Virus record (IMG/VR): IMGVR_UViG_3300009419_000963
Coordinates: 1-28,422 of that record
Length of the DNA stretch: 28,422 bases
Source of the DNA: a virus
Lineage: Duplodnaviria > Caudoviricetes
Strand: one strand, 5' to 3'
In this document: in pieces, positions 17,301-26,764 of the stretch
Numbering within the stretch: position 1 is the stretch's first letter
Layout of the letters: each line of letters opens with the position of its first letter
Notes under the pieces: model-generated
The model's input: the letters and a program-made list of their open reading frames with translations, nothing else
The model's database searches: none
What the model was told of the DNA's origin: nothing
Position numbers and translations under genes: made by a program

Positions 17301-18054
17301 AGAAAAAGAAGTTGGAACTAGTTTAGTTGCGGAGTTAGTAAGAGACATTCCTGTTGCTAGAAATATGCTAAACGACAGAGTTAATATATGGGGTCAAAGG
17401 TCTATTGCAGACACAGATAAGTTTACATCTAAATCTGAAGATACGGACTTAACCGCAACACTGACAAGTAAAAAAATATTTTTAACAAAACCAAACATAA
17501 AAACAACAAATATTATAGATATAGAAAGCGGCAAGTTTAGAGCAATGACTGATAATGAGTTTTTTAGTTACGCAGAAGAAAGAGGTAAATATTTGTACGA
17601 AACTTTAATAGATAGACTTGAAGATATTAAAGAGATGTCAAATGAAGACGCTCAAAAAGAAGTAAGTTCTATTGTTTCAGATGCATCAAAACTAGCTGAA
17701 GCTAAATCTTCTTTACCTATAGAGTCTTACGAAAGAATAAAAAAAGAAATGAGAAATCAGTATCGTGAAAAGAAAGATGAGTCAAAAGCAAAAAAAGAAG
17801 AAAAAGCTTCTGAAGAAAGAGGAGCTAAAGTAACTCCTGAATATAAAAAAGAAATACAAGATATTAAGAAAAATGACGTTAGTCAGATATCTAGGTTTAT
17901 TGTTTCTAAAATTAAACAAAGCGGAACTAAGTCTAGGGAAATTCGAAAACTTTTAGCATCAGAAAAACTTACAGATGAATATGTAGACATGGTATCTAGT
18001 GCAGTGAATAAAATATTAAAACAACAAGAAGCAGCAAAACCAACAACAAATTAA
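14353..18054 (+). CDS. Giant virion cargo/ejection protein 3 (1233 aa)
   Basis: Begins MAC; C-terminal half with YANVLSGFTTQLVN, FVVPFTNVIAN...YTPWG and GWQPYSFRV segments resembling C-termini of large podovirus ejection/polyvalent proteins. Confidence 0.6.
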   Translation: MACFVTYKNKRYSEPEFFALLAAGEYDKLVADGSFVPKKITLSTDAPAPTKGKMKERSLTKQFLKDNPSLQLSEGAINYEEISNKSTVEEVMNLIDELGLDASVYAVDDWKNGMNLRVRFTMAQILIKKLSKEGRLDEANDLRERLVVAATEAGQGIQAFAMFPALTAEGELRKMLKMINNINKKREKADKKLTKIKEKFKQANEDAINEAVENLGGKPSEKRKKAARTYADYGTKNKVITKAKYEEMKKALANKAFSAAIPVQLIPIGVYHLEAGSRKFKEFSEALIEDFGDKVKPYLADLYKKAAKELGIPASEIDSEATILQENKDRRAREAKKSVKGALKDLGLSISKIAIEHYTVVDSAKRTLVEKIMAETELTENEAKEYAKAIEEEFDRLATEKKKKILDTVFNPKERKKPELKNLESELLKLTNLGAFKEQDLVEAYADKMGWAKLSQEEISEIERLASIVEESPEGIKRAQAVEDLLGYEAKIKGIPLMDVVTSIWYANVLSGFTTQLVNVIANATQLLFSYGESAIRNPRTGVFMARGIINGINRGILEAGSSLKTGYNPIRGRVEIPSTLELKTFKGGKYNPANYLKYVRRLMVASDVIMFETQKEMRAYQWARMLAANENKLDPSVKIKQRALDILHANDSTIPDAKLKASEEAQLEIDAVNTENISSSEKAKKIKNIKTNEKRRVFELVQQSRGSEIMDESNAYASWNTFNHPASGLLGAVAKRVNQLIETNGVTKIFRFVVPFTNVIANVANMGINYTPWGYIRAARQGSAFGIPKAEWDSMSQMQQDQYRVEIVTKATVGLAMSAAVLMLTLKGDDDDEPLLEITANATGKYKKNEGLKNEGWQPYSFRVYNKKTKKYGDWISYQYSPLLVMFSLIGNLKDYEKYRKENTDDNLLDRISFAAVGASRTFLDSTFLVSINSFLKALTETEAGDAVDDAMKSIFKTVKGFVLPALYTQSAREVQRAFDVPEKEVGTSLVAELVRDIPVARNMLNDRVNIWGQRSIADTDKFTSKSEDTDLTATLTSKKIFLTKPNIKTTNIIDIESGKFRAMTDNEFFSYAEERGKYLYETLIDRLEDIKEMSNEDAQKEVSSIVSDASKLAEAKSSLPIESYERIKKEMRNQYREKKDESKAKKEEKASEERGAKVTPEYKKEIQDIKKNDVSQISRFIVSKIKQSGTKSREIRKLLASEKLTDEYVDMVSSAVNKILKQQEAAKPTTN

Positions 18055-18060
18055 TTAACG

Positions 18061-18068
18061 TATATTTG
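18061..18068 (+). promoter_or_regulatory. Bacteroidota -7 element, essentially leaderless
   Basis: TATATTTG ending 4 nt before ATG 18073. Confidence 0.45.
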
Positions 18069-18072
18069 CACT

Positions 18073-18984
18073 ATGAGCCTTTTACCAACAAATAACCTAG
18101 AAATTGTAGACCCTTTCGGAGAAATAATTAACTTTACTGATACTACAGGTGGTTACGCCACAAACAATACTGACGGATACGGAAGTCCGAACCTAACATA
18201 CGCACAGGTTGGAGGTGTAAATTTACTAATAGGAAACTATGTAAATATTGTTCCCTCGGAAATAGGTGTTGGGGCTGCTTTAGTTCCTTACACTCAATAT
18301 ATTAAAACTAGCGGAACGGCAAAAACATATGATAGCAAGTCAATAGCTGTAGGCAACTACCTTGTGCCACACACAACAGGATTAGTAGTGGCAGCTGGCG
18401 ATACATTTGAGACAACAGGATATTACAATCCGCTAATAACTCCATCAAGATGGCTGCCAACAGCTTTAGGAACTCCTTTATATTTAAGTACGCAAGACTT
18501 AGGTTACACCACACTTGGAGTTATTCCTGATAGCATACTAACCTTACAGTACGAGGTTTATGGAATTGTAAATACTGTAGCATTCACAACAGTATTAGGC
18601 ACTAAGTACTTAGTTACTGGAACTGGAATTGTTTCTTATTTAGGAAGCAACTACAAACAAGGAGAAGTATTTACAGCATCAGGAACTTCAACAGTAGGCG
18701 TAGTAAGCGGAACTTTCGGAGTTGCACCTTATAATAGTGGAGCAGTAAGTAATTTTCAAACTATCTACAACCTAGAAACTAGTTTAGTAGAATTACAAAC
18801 ATCAAATATTTTAAATCCTAAACCTCAAGGCAGGGAGTATAACTATCAGATAGCCACCATTTTTACAAACATCTACACTATGCAGAATGCTGCTAATATC
18901 GGTTTAGTAAGTCTGGGTCAGGCGTACAATAATATTGTAAGTTTACAGGAAGAGGTTGATAACTTAGCTAATAATATATATTAA
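18073..18984 (+). CDS. Putative tail hub/fibre-attachment protein A (303 aa)
   Basis: Thr/Gly/Tyr-rich beta composition, DTTGGY...GYGSPN motif; paralog of 20607-21470. Confidence 0.5.
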   Translation: MSLLPTNNLEIVDPFGEIINFTDTTGGYATNNTDGYGSPNLTYAQVGGVNLLIGNYVNIVPSEIGVGAALVPYTQYIKTSGTAKTYDSKSIAVGNYLVPHTTGLVVAAGDTFETTGYYNPLITPSRWLPTALGTPLYLSTQDLGYTTLGVIPDSILTLQYEVYGIVNTVAFTTVLGTKYLVTGTGIVSYLGSNYKQGEVFTASGTSTVGVVSGTFGVAPYNSGAVSNFQTIYNLETSLVELQTSNILNPKPQGREYNYQIATIFTNIYTMQNAANIGLVSLGQAYNNIVSLQEEVDNLANNIY

Positions 18985-19238
18985 TGGACTACAATCAAAT
19001 AATATATCAGTTAAGATTAGAGCAGGTTCGTTGTACACAACTAGGACTGCCATTTGACGTTAGCGATGGCACTATTATATACTTGAGTAATCTTATTCAC
19101 AGCTATAATTTTGTCGGAATGACTGATAGTCAGAGAATAATAATAAGAAATGAGTTGAACAGCATAGTACAAGATGTTAGCTACTACACCTCTTTCACTC
19201 AAGGACTATTTAATGGTTACTATAATTCACAAGTTTAA
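18984..19238 (+). CDS. Small hypothetical structural protein (84 aa)
   Basis: TAATG-coupled to upstream gene. Confidence 0.65.
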   Translation: MDYNQIIYQLRLEQVRCTQLGLPFDVSDGTIIYLSNLIHSYNFVGMTDSQRIIIRNELNSIVQDVSYYTSFTQGLFNGYYNSQV

Positions 19239-19242
19239 ATTA

Positions 19243-19273
19243 TTGTAAATTACAAAGGAAAAGACTAATTTTG
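19243..19273 (+). promoter_or_regulatory. Bacteroidota promoter upstream of fibre gene
   Basis: TTG (19243-19245), 20 nt spacer, TAATTTTG (19266-19273). Confidence 0.5.
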
Positions 19274-19299
19274 CAATAGAATAATAATAACAATAATAA

Positions 19300-20604
19300 A
19301 TGTCAATACAGTTATCAAGAGCCAACACAGGTACACCATTAACCACAGCAGATTACAATAGTGATAATCTAATAGTGGAGACTGCTGTTAATTCTTTATT
19401 AGGTACATCTAGCAGTGGAGGGACTGTAACGAACTTTACAAAAGTAGATACAGATACTTCATCAGAATTATTTAGTGCAAGCGTATCTAATCCAACTACA
19501 ACACCAGAAATAACATTCTCAAGAATAAGTAAGGCGGCTAACCTTGTATATGCCTCTCCAGACGGAGCTTCAGGCAAACCTACAATGAGAGCCTTAGTAT
19601 CAGGAGACTTACCAGTAGTTCCTTTTAATAAAGGAGGTACAGGATTGTCTGCAATAAATGCAAATAGAATTATCAGAACAAATAATGCAGGTTCAGCAAT
19701 TATAGAAGGAGCTATAACCGCAGGCTCATCAAAAATTAGTATTAATCCTACTAATCCAAACTTTGAATTAGATGTAGTTCCAGCAAACATAGAAGTAAAT
19801 ACTTTGGCAGCAACTACTCCTTTGTCTTTTGCTAAGGGAGGAACTAATGCATCTACAAGACAAAACGCTATAAATGCTCTTACAGATACAGGTGTTACTG
19901 TAAATATAGGAAAAGCTTTAATAGTAGATGGGTCTAATAACGCAACTTGGACAACATTTTCAGCAGGTGTTTCAAGTGTTAATAGTTTAACTGGTGCTGT
20001 TTCTCTTACTACTGCCTTAATACCTGAAAGTGGTAATTTATATTATACTGATGTAAGAGTAACTAATAACGCAACAGTAGTTGCAAACACCGCAAAGGTT
20101 ACTAATGCCACTCATACAGGCGATGTTACAGGAAGTGGTGCTTTAACAATAGCTGCTGGAGTTGTTACTTACGCTAAAATGCAGGCAATAAGTGCAACTA
20201 AAAGATTATTAGGAAGAATTAGTGGAGGTGCAGGAAGCACAGAAGAAATAGTTATTAGTGGTAACTTAGCAATGAGTGCTACTGACCTAATTGTTAGAAC
20301 TTCTAAAATAAAGACAGTTACGGCAGATTATTCAATACCTATCACAGAAGGAACTATTTTAGTAAACGCCTCAAGTAAAACAATAACATTACCTGATACT
20401 TCTACAGTAGCAAATGGCGATGAATTTATAATTAAAAATATAGCAGGTGCTACAAACAATACAGTATCAGTATTTAACGCAGGTATTGAAGAAATAGATG
20501 GTTCAGCAACATACACAGGTTTAAACTTAGCATATAATTGTGTAACCCTTAAATATGGTGGTTCAAACAGATGGTACATTATGAATAAAATAACAACTGG
20601 ATAG
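19300..20604 (+). CDS. Tail/head fibre-like protein (434 aa)
   Basis: Fibre-type segments: two KGGT repeats, VSSVNSLTGAVSL, NLYYTDVRV, ANTAKVTNATHTGDVTG...VTYAKMQ, C-terminal TITLPD...FIIKN...IDG domain. Confidence 0.7.
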   Translation: MSIQLSRANTGTPLTTADYNSDNLIVETAVNSLLGTSSSGGTVTNFTKVDTDTSSELFSASVSNPTTTPEITFSRISKAANLVYASPDGASGKPTMRALVSGDLPVVPFNKGGTGLSAINANRIIRTNNAGSAIIEGAITAGSSKISINPTNPNFELDVVPANIEVNTLAATTPLSFAKGGTNASTRQNAINALTDTGVTVNIGKALIVDGSNNATWTTFSAGVSSVNSLTGAVSLTTALIPESGNLYYTDVRVTNNATVVANTAKVTNATHTGDVTGSGALTIAAGVVTYAKMQAISATKRLLGRISGGAGSTEEIVISGNLAMSATDLIVRTSKIKTVTADYSIPITEGTILVNASSKTITLPDTSTVANGDEFIIKNIAGATNNTVSVFNAGIEEIDGSATYTGLNLAYNCVTLKYGGSNRWYIMNKITTG

Positions 20605-20606
20605 TA

Positions 20607-21470
20607 ATGGCAACAGATATAATCATCTCAACTGACAATAGTACAAATACCACCTTAGGTATATACGATAGTACTGACTACACTGGACTAGGAATTAGTA
20701 TTTCTGATGTAAAGGCAGTTAGGTTTTTATTCTCTACATATAACAGTGTGTTAAACTCTGGCATAGTTGGAGCTTTGGTAGCTAATAATGAATACCTTGT
20801 AATAACAGGAACTCTTCTATTGGAAGGTGTTAACTATAATTCAGGAGACGTATTTGTAGCGCACTCAAATTACACCATACCAGTAACCTCAGGATTGTTA
20901 GTAAGCTCTACAGGATACTACAGCACATACAATACACTAATACCAAGCACAATAACTAATTATAATTTTTACCCTTCTGATTTAAACGAGAACTCTACAA
21001 CATTTGCAGACTCGGCAAGAACAGTTAATTACGAAATTTATACGACAGAAAGTGCATCAGGAGGAGGGTTAACAAATATAGCAGCAGGAACTTATATTGT
21101 AAAAGGAACACCTAATGATTTTATTACAGTAGCAGGAGGGAAATATTATGTAGGTCAAGTGTTTACTAAGTCAACCTCTTTTACATTCTTAGGAACACCT
21201 ACAGTAGTAAGAAGCTTTGATGAAAACTCTTTTGACTTCTGGACTAATGCAGCATCAAGTGTTATATACCAAAGCTATGTAAATAGTTTATCAAATAGTA
21301 CACTAAACGCAAGCGAAGACTTTAAAGATAACTTTATAAGAACCAATACTTTATACTCTTTACCTTATGTACAGAGTGCGACTAGTATTGCCTACGACTT
21401 TAGCGCAGTACAATCATCACTTGATATTATTGTCAACTACTTAGGAACTAAAAACAAAAACTTAAAATAA
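20607..21470 (+). CDS. Putative tail hub/fibre-attachment protein B (287 aa)
   Basis: Colinear similarity to 18073-18984 (TGYY; DSxxTxxYExY; GxxYxxGxVF). Confidence 0.5.
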   Translation: MATDIIISTDNSTNTTLGIYDSTDYTGLGISISDVKAVRFLFSTYNSVLNSGIVGALVANNEYLVITGTLLLEGVNYNSGDVFVAHSNYTIPVTSGLLVSSTGYYSTYNTLIPSTITNYNFYPSDLNENSTTFADSARTVNYEIYTTESASGGGLTNIAAGTYIVKGTPNDFITVAGGKYYVGQVFTKSTSFTFLGTPTVVRSFDENSFDFWTNAASSVIYQSYVNSLSNSTLNASEDFKDNFIRTNTLYSLPYVQSATSIAYDFSAVQSSLDIIVNYLGTKNKNLK

Positions 21471-21481
21471 TAAATAAATAA

Positions 21482-21718
21482 ATGTTAAGACCTAATTTCA
21501 ATTCAATGTTCACAAGAAGCTGTAAAAAGATATCTGATAAGCAGATTTCTAATATTGCAGACTTTAAGAAAGGCAGAACAACACTAATGGGCTCTCAGTT
21601 TGTTAATTACAATTCTTTTGTAACAACTCAAACTCAGGACAACTTAATGAATGGAAATACAGATTATAACAGCATGAATATTAACTTAGACTACTTACTA
21701 CAAAAATGGGACTACTAA
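21482..21718 (+). CDS. Small hypothetical protein (78 aa)
   Basis: A-rich leader; same position in the module as the 84-aa gene. Confidence 0.6.
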   Translation: MLRPNFNSMFTRSCKKISDKQISNIADFKKGRTTLMGSQFVNYNSFVTTQTQDNLMNGNTDYNSMNINLDYLLQKWDY

Positions 21719-22095
21719 CACCGATAAGCACAAACATAATTACAAGTTTAATGAATTACATAAATAATTATGTAACTTATAAATTAAGCTCTTTTATATT
21801 AAATACCAATAATACAGTTACAGGGGCACAATCTGTTACACTGAATAAATTAAACGGAATAGTAACATATACATTTGCAGCTGCTGCCGCATCTGTAACT
21901 TATTATAATTTAACAAACAGTACAATAAACAGTAATAGTTACATTGTACCAACAATTAAAGTAAATGCAGCTGAACCTGCTGTGCTATTGCTTGGAGGAT
22001 ACTTTATATCAGGAACTACCATTACTTTTTATGTATATAATGCATCAGTTACTCCTTCTGGCTCATTTAAAATACATTTTCAAGTAGCTGGATAA
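21706..22095 (+). CDS. Small beta-rich structural/fibre-tip-like protein (129 aa)
   Basis: SVTLNKLNGIVT...LTNSTINSNS...FKIHFQV beta-sandwich-like pattern. Confidence 0.55.
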   Translation: MGLLTPISTNIITSLMNYINNYVTYKLSSFILNTNNTVTGAQSVTLNKLNGIVTYTFAAAAASVTYYNLTNSTINSNSYIVPTIKVNAAEPAVLLLGGYFISGTTITFYVYNASVTPSGSFKIHFQVAG

Positions 22096-22162
22096 TAATT
22101 AATAACTAACAAAAATCATTTTTAGCCTGAAGAACTGAAAATGAATATAATTAAAAACACAT

Positions 22163-22555
22163 ATGGCACTAACAGAAAAGGAAAGTAAAGAACTGTCCAA
22201 ATTATCTATGGACTTACAAATTAAGATAAAGGAGTGGAGTAAACTTTTTGATACAGTCAAGAAGAGCCATTCCTTGAGTACCTATCTAACCATCTTTAGA
22301 CAGAGAAAGTCTTGGCAGGATGAGATAGATGAATCTCCATTTACTATCAGAGCTCAAAATGAAGATGAAGATGCAAGAGCACAATCCGAGACGGCAATGA
22401 AGATAATTAAACTTCTTCCTGACTTAGATAGTGACTTAGAAAAGCTATACATCAAGATGACTACTGACGAGAAAACAGAAGTAGAGAGAGTTAAGGCAGG
22501 AGAGGCAGAAAACATTTTAGCTAAACACTTAGAAGCTAATGGCAAAAAAGCATAA
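22163..22555 (+). CDS. Putative terminase small subunit (130 aa)
   Basis: Helical protein immediately upstream of and overlapping the large terminase; positional inference only. Confidence 0.4.
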   Translation: MALTEKESKELSKLSMDLQIKIKEWSKLFDTVKKSHSLSTYLTIFRQRKSWQDEIDESPFTIRAQNEDEDARAQSETAMKIIKLLPDLDSDLEKLYIKMTTDEKTEVERVKAGEAENILAKHLEANGKKA

Positions 22556-24557
22556 CAGTATAGAGTTATTTGGAACAAGTGGAGAGCCTGACGACAATGG
22601 GAATATAAAGAACTTATTCTACGAGTGTCCAGAACCATTTGAACCTGTATATAATAAAGACTTACCAAAGAAACAACAGAGATGGGAAAGACCTAAAGAC
22701 CCAAACTTTAGTCACATGACTGTTGAAGAAAAGCAGAATTATCAGTTAAAGGAATTATTTAGACTAGAGAACGGTTATCATTTTTATAATAATGGAGAGT
22801 TAGTATATCTTACTGGTTCTCATTACGGATTCTTAAAGCACTGGGACTTAGGAGGAGGAGTCTACCCCAACTATAGATGGGCTCACGCTCAAATGGCTCT
22901 AATGCAAGACCTTTGCAAAAAGGATGAAAACTGTTACGGACTAGTTGCCTACACACAAAAGCGTTACGGTAAGTCAGAAATGATTCCTTCACGAATGTTA
23001 TTCGATAGCTTACTAAGACCAAAGGCTAGTTACTTCCTACAGGCTACAAAAGATGATAAGGCTCAGGCTTTGTTTCAAAGAACATTAAATGCATTCTTAT
23101 CATTAAACAATTCACTTCCTTACATTTACCAACACACTTACAAGAATGATAGTATATTCTTTAAACAGAATCAAACTATTAAAAGAAGTTCAGACAAGGT
23201 TACATTTAAAGACGGTAACTTTACTAGGATAGAGGCACTACCCAGTAAGATAACAAGTATACAGGGGGAAAGAGTAACAGAGTTTTTCTTAGATGAGTTT
23301 GCTAGTCAGGAACTTATGGATATGGAACAGTTATTTGGAACGCTAATAGCACAGTGTACCGAGGGAACTAGAGACATTATCGGTAAGATTTGGCTAGTAT
23401 CAACTGTTGAAAACGGCACAGCCAAGGCAGTCCCTTTCAGCAAAGAGCTATGGTACGACAGCAATCCTTTTGAAAGAGATTTAAACGGCAGGACAAAGAG
23501 CGGATTATATAGGATGCTAATTCCTTACTATAAATCTGACCCTTCTTTTATTGACGAGTACGGAAATCCTAAAGAAGAAGAAGCTACGAAGTTCTTTACC
23601 AATATGTGTGCTGGAGCGAGCGACTCAAAGAAGGCTTTGCTAAAGAGACAGTTTCCTGAGAAGATAGATGATATCTTTGATGTGAATAGAGGCGGAGGAT
23701 TAGAAATAGATGTAATTGAGATACTTAGACAAAGAGAGAAGCAACTCAAGGGAACTCCTCAACCAATGTATAAGATTCTCAAGAACTCAGCTACAAAAGA
23801 AGTTGACGTAACGCCAATGGCTAAAGGAGAAGATGAAAATGAGCTAGCTGTACAAATATTTGAGCATCCACAAGAACATCATTTATACAGAGCAGGACTA
23901 GATGCTACAAGTACGGATACTAACAGTACAAACAAGAATAATGACGGTTCTGAAAAAGGAAAGGCTAAATCTAAGTACGCTTTAGTAATACAAAGAATAA
24001 CAGGAGCTAATCAATATATAGACGTTGCTAATATATGTATACGTCCAGACAAGAGAGCCATGGTAGAAAAGGCTGCATTGTGGCTATGTATGTACTACAA
24101 TAAATTCGGAGGTCTTAGAGCCTACCCAGAGAGAAATGCAAGTGCTGGTAGTACCATTTCGGATTTATTTGAGACCGAGGGTCAGCAAAGATTATTGATT
24201 CGTCAATTAATAAAACACAATACAGAGAAGTTATTAGAGAAGTCTAGTAATGCTTATGGAATTTATATCGATGGAAACAATAAGGTGTACAGAACTTCTG
24301 TAATGAATAAGTACTTAAGACTGTACGGACATCAAATCAATTCATTAAGAATAGTTCAAGACTTACTAATCTACGGTTCAGCTAACTCCGATTTAAGTGA
24401 TGCTTACGGAGTAGGATGCATGGCGTGTGGAAACTTCGACCCAGAGACTCAGCAAGAAGTCAAAAAGAAGATAAGTAGACCAACTATACTAAGTAAAATA
24501 GAAAATGGCGTAACTATTTGGTACGAACTAGAGAGCGGTAAACCTATAGAAGCCTAA
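22539..24557 (+). CDS. terL: Terminase large subunit (672 aa), crAss-like
   Basis: YLTGSHY adenine-binding region, Walker A variant KRYGKS, Walker B FFLDEF, coupling motif VST, nuclease residues AGLDAT, YPERN, DLSDAYG. Confidence 0.88.
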   Translation: MAKKHNSIELFGTSGEPDDNGNIKNLFYECPEPFEPVYNKDLPKKQQRWERPKDPNFSHMTVEEKQNYQLKELFRLENGYHFYNNGELVYLTGSHYGFLKHWDLGGGVYPNYRWAHAQMALMQDLCKKDENCYGLVAYTQKRYGKSEMIPSRMLFDSLLRPKASYFLQATKDDKAQALFQRTLNAFLSLNNSLPYIYQHTYKNDSIFFKQNQTIKRSSDKVTFKDGNFTRIEALPSKITSIQGERVTEFFLDEFASQELMDMEQLFGTLIAQCTEGTRDIIGKIWLVSTVENGTAKAVPFSKELWYDSNPFERDLNGRTKSGLYRMLIPYYKSDPSFIDEYGNPKEEEATKFFTNMCAGASDSKKALLKRQFPEKIDDIFDVNRGGGLEIDVIEILRQREKQLKGTPQPMYKILKNSATKEVDVTPMAKGEDENELAVQIFEHPQEHHLYRAGLDATSTDTNSTNKNNDGSEKGKAKSKYALVIQRITGANQYIDVANICIRPDKRAMVEKAALWLCMYYNKFGGLRAYPERNASAGSTISDLFETEGQQRLLIRQLIKHNTEKLLEKSSNAYGIYIDGNNKVYRTSVMNKYLRLYGHQINSLRIVQDLLIYGSANSDLSDAYGVGCMACGNFDPETQQEVKKKISRPTILSKIENGVTIWYELESGKPIEA

Positions 24558-24563
24558 AAAAAT

Positions 24564-24593
24564 TTTGTAATTCATTTAAATATGTTAATTTTG
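24564..24593 (+). promoter_or_regulatory. Bacteroidota promoter upstream of portal
   Basis: TTTG (24564-24567), 18 nt spacer, TAATTTTG (24586-24593), 8 nt before ATG. Confidence 0.6.
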
Positions 24594-24601
24594 TAGTATA
24601 T

Positions 24602-26731
24602 ATGCAATTAGATATTAATACATACCCTGCGGTTCAACCCTTACAAACAGTTGAAAACGAAAAGTGGGATGACGAAAATTACTGGAAACAGAATGTTCGT
24701 TGGGTTTGTTCTATGTATAATCAATTGGTAGTAACACCTCAATTAATTGGACTTCCTAACCAAGACCCTTTCTACGGTCTTCAGAACAGATATGTTCCAC
24801 AATATGTAAAGTACGCTAGATACGTTTTTGGATGGCAGTACGGAACTTCTTACGAGCTAACAGCAAAGGACGGAAACAACAACAATACTCAAATTCCTTT
24901 ATACAGAGGTAAGGATATTATTGCCTTATTCAATTACTTTAGAGGTAAGTTCGGATATTTAATTAAACCTATTCCAGATATTATGCAGGCTGGTTGTATA
25001 GCTGGTGATGCATTAAGCAGAAAGACTACAGAAAAGAATGTAATGAAATACATGATGGATGGTAGAAACTTCTTAAAGCAACAACAATTACTAGGTAACA
25101 TTCAGGTAGAGGCAGGAACAGATTTAGATATTACAGACGAACAAGATATAGAGGCTTTATACACAAACTTCGTAGAGGCAAGTGAGAAGACTTATGTTAA
25201 GTTTGGCAAGAGTTTCTACATCTCAAATGAGTGCTACGACCAATTTATAAAAGGAGCTCAATACTGTTTTATCGGAGGAAGAGCAACATCATTCATAACA
25301 GAAAGAAACGGTAAGGTTTTTATGGACTTAGTTCCACCTGAGTACGCTGTTGTTGATATGAACAAGAATGATGACCAACACAGAGACGATGACTATGCTG
25401 GACAAATTAAACCATACTCGGTATCTGACGTTGTTTCTAAATGGAAATTGACTAAAGAAGAGGCTGAAGACCTTGAAAGAATCGCAAGAGACGGAACAAG
25501 TCAAGCTCCCTATGTAACAGGATGGGTTAACTTTAACTGGTACAGTAACTATAATGGTGTGCCTAAAGTTTGGGTAGCAGAGAAAATACAATGGCAATCA
25601 ATTACTTATGTAGACAAAGTGCCTGTATCTTGTATAAGAGAGGCTACCTTAATTGGTAACAAATATCTAAAAGACCAAAAGATTGTTCCTAACTCTATTT
25701 TAGATAAGAGAGACAAAAGAAGAAAGAGATTGAGCTATATTACTTGTACTCCTAATACAATTCTAGGTGCAAACCAAGGTGTAATTGGAATGGTAAGTGA
25801 TATGCAGGACATCAAAGATAGTTTGATTACTATGATGCTTAACTCTGTAGCTAGAAGTATAGGCAAAGCAATATATATTGACACAGCTCAACTTCCTGAG
25901 GGAATGAGAAGTCCTGAGTTTTTATCACAGCTAAAACAAAATGGTGTGATTGCAGCTAACAGGTCTGAAATTGATGCTGACCAGAAAATGAACCCTCTAA
26001 TCGAGGTAATGGACTTAACACTAGACCCTAATATCAACTCACTCTTAAATCAAGTAGCATACTTTGACAATGCAATAGCAGATGTTTTAAATATGCCTAA
26101 GAACGTAAGACTAGGAAGTGGTTCATATCAATCAGAAGGACAAAGAAATAGTAACGCAGAGAATAGCGATACAGGTAATCAGTGGTTGTACGGAAGTTTA
26201 ACCAAGTGGATTGAGAACAATATAGAATTTGCTGCTGACTTATGGATTAAGATAGCTGCCGAGGGTGGTGAAGATATAGCTGTTATGGTAGGTGATACTA
26301 TGGCTGAGATGCTAACTAATAAAGAGATTCAAGACTGTTACGATAGTGACTATAAGATGTATCTAAACTTTGACAATACTGTAACTCAAGAAGCTAAGGT
26401 AACCTTACAAGGAATGGCAGTACAAGAGGCTGGCGTTAACCCTGATGCTAAGTTAGAGTTCTTAAATATATTAGAACTTAAAACTATTTCTGGCATGAAG
26501 AGCTACTTACAGAACGAGAAGCGTAAGAGACAGCAAAGAGAAGATGCAGCTATTAGACAACAGCAAGAAGCAGCAGCGGCTAACTCACAAATGCAGGCAG
26601 AAGCTCAACAGAACATAGCTGCACAACAAGGACAAACTGCTTTAGAGAATTCAGCAATGAATAACAATGCGAAGCAGGAGGAGATGATGTTGCAGAATGA
26701 GATGAATAATGCACAACCACCACAACAATAG
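24602..26731 (+). CDS. Portal protein (709 aa), podovirus/crAss type
   Basis: Directly after terL; size; GKAIYIDTAQLP and MDLTLD segments; Gln-rich coiled-coil C-terminal barrel. Confidence 0.8.
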   Translation: MQLDINTYPAVQPLQTVENEKWDDENYWKQNVRWVCSMYNQLVVTPQLIGLPNQDPFYGLQNRYVPQYVKYARYVFGWQYGTSYELTAKDGNNNNTQIPLYRGKDIIALFNYFRGKFGYLIKPIPDIMQAGCIAGDALSRKTTEKNVMKYMMDGRNFLKQQQLLGNIQVEAGTDLDITDEQDIEALYTNFVEASEKTYVKFGKSFYISNECYDQFIKGAQYCFIGGRATSFITERNGKVFMDLVPPEYAVVDMNKNDDQHRDDDYAGQIKPYSVSDVVSKWKLTKEEAEDLERIARDGTSQAPYVTGWVNFNWYSNYNGVPKVWVAEKIQWQSITYVDKVPVSCIREATLIGNKYLKDQKIVPNSILDKRDKRRKRLSYITCTPNTILGANQGVIGMVSDMQDIKDSLITMMLNSVARSIGKAIYIDTAQLPEGMRSPEFLSQLKQNGVIAANRSEIDADQKMNPLIEVMDLTLDPNINSLLNQVAYFDNAIADVLNMPKNVRLGSGSYQSEGQRNSNAENSDTGNQWLYGSLTKWIENNIEFAADLWIKIAAEGGEDIAVMVGDTMAEMLTNKEIQDCYDSDYKMYLNFDNTVTQEAKVTLQGMAVQEAGVNPDAKLEFLNILELKTISGMKSYLQNEKRKRQQREDAAIRQQQEAAAANSQMQAEAQQNIAAQQGQTALENSAMNNNAKQEEMMLQNEMNNAQPPQQ

Positions 26732-26764
26732 AAAAAATAAAAACACACAAATAATAAAAAAACA

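Noticed and set aside
22116-22144. Hammerhead-like core (CTGAAGA-ACT-GAAA) or boxB-like GCCTGAAGAA shared with 14246-14255
   Set aside because: No room for stems I and II; CCTGAAGAA also occurs in coding sequence near 1020, so chance is likely. Only a weak hairpin remains.
13220-26731. TAG stop-codon reassignment as in some crAss-like phages
   Set aside because: Giant ORFs are intact in code 11; TAG stops at 13220, 20602 and 26729 are followed soon by other in-frame stops.
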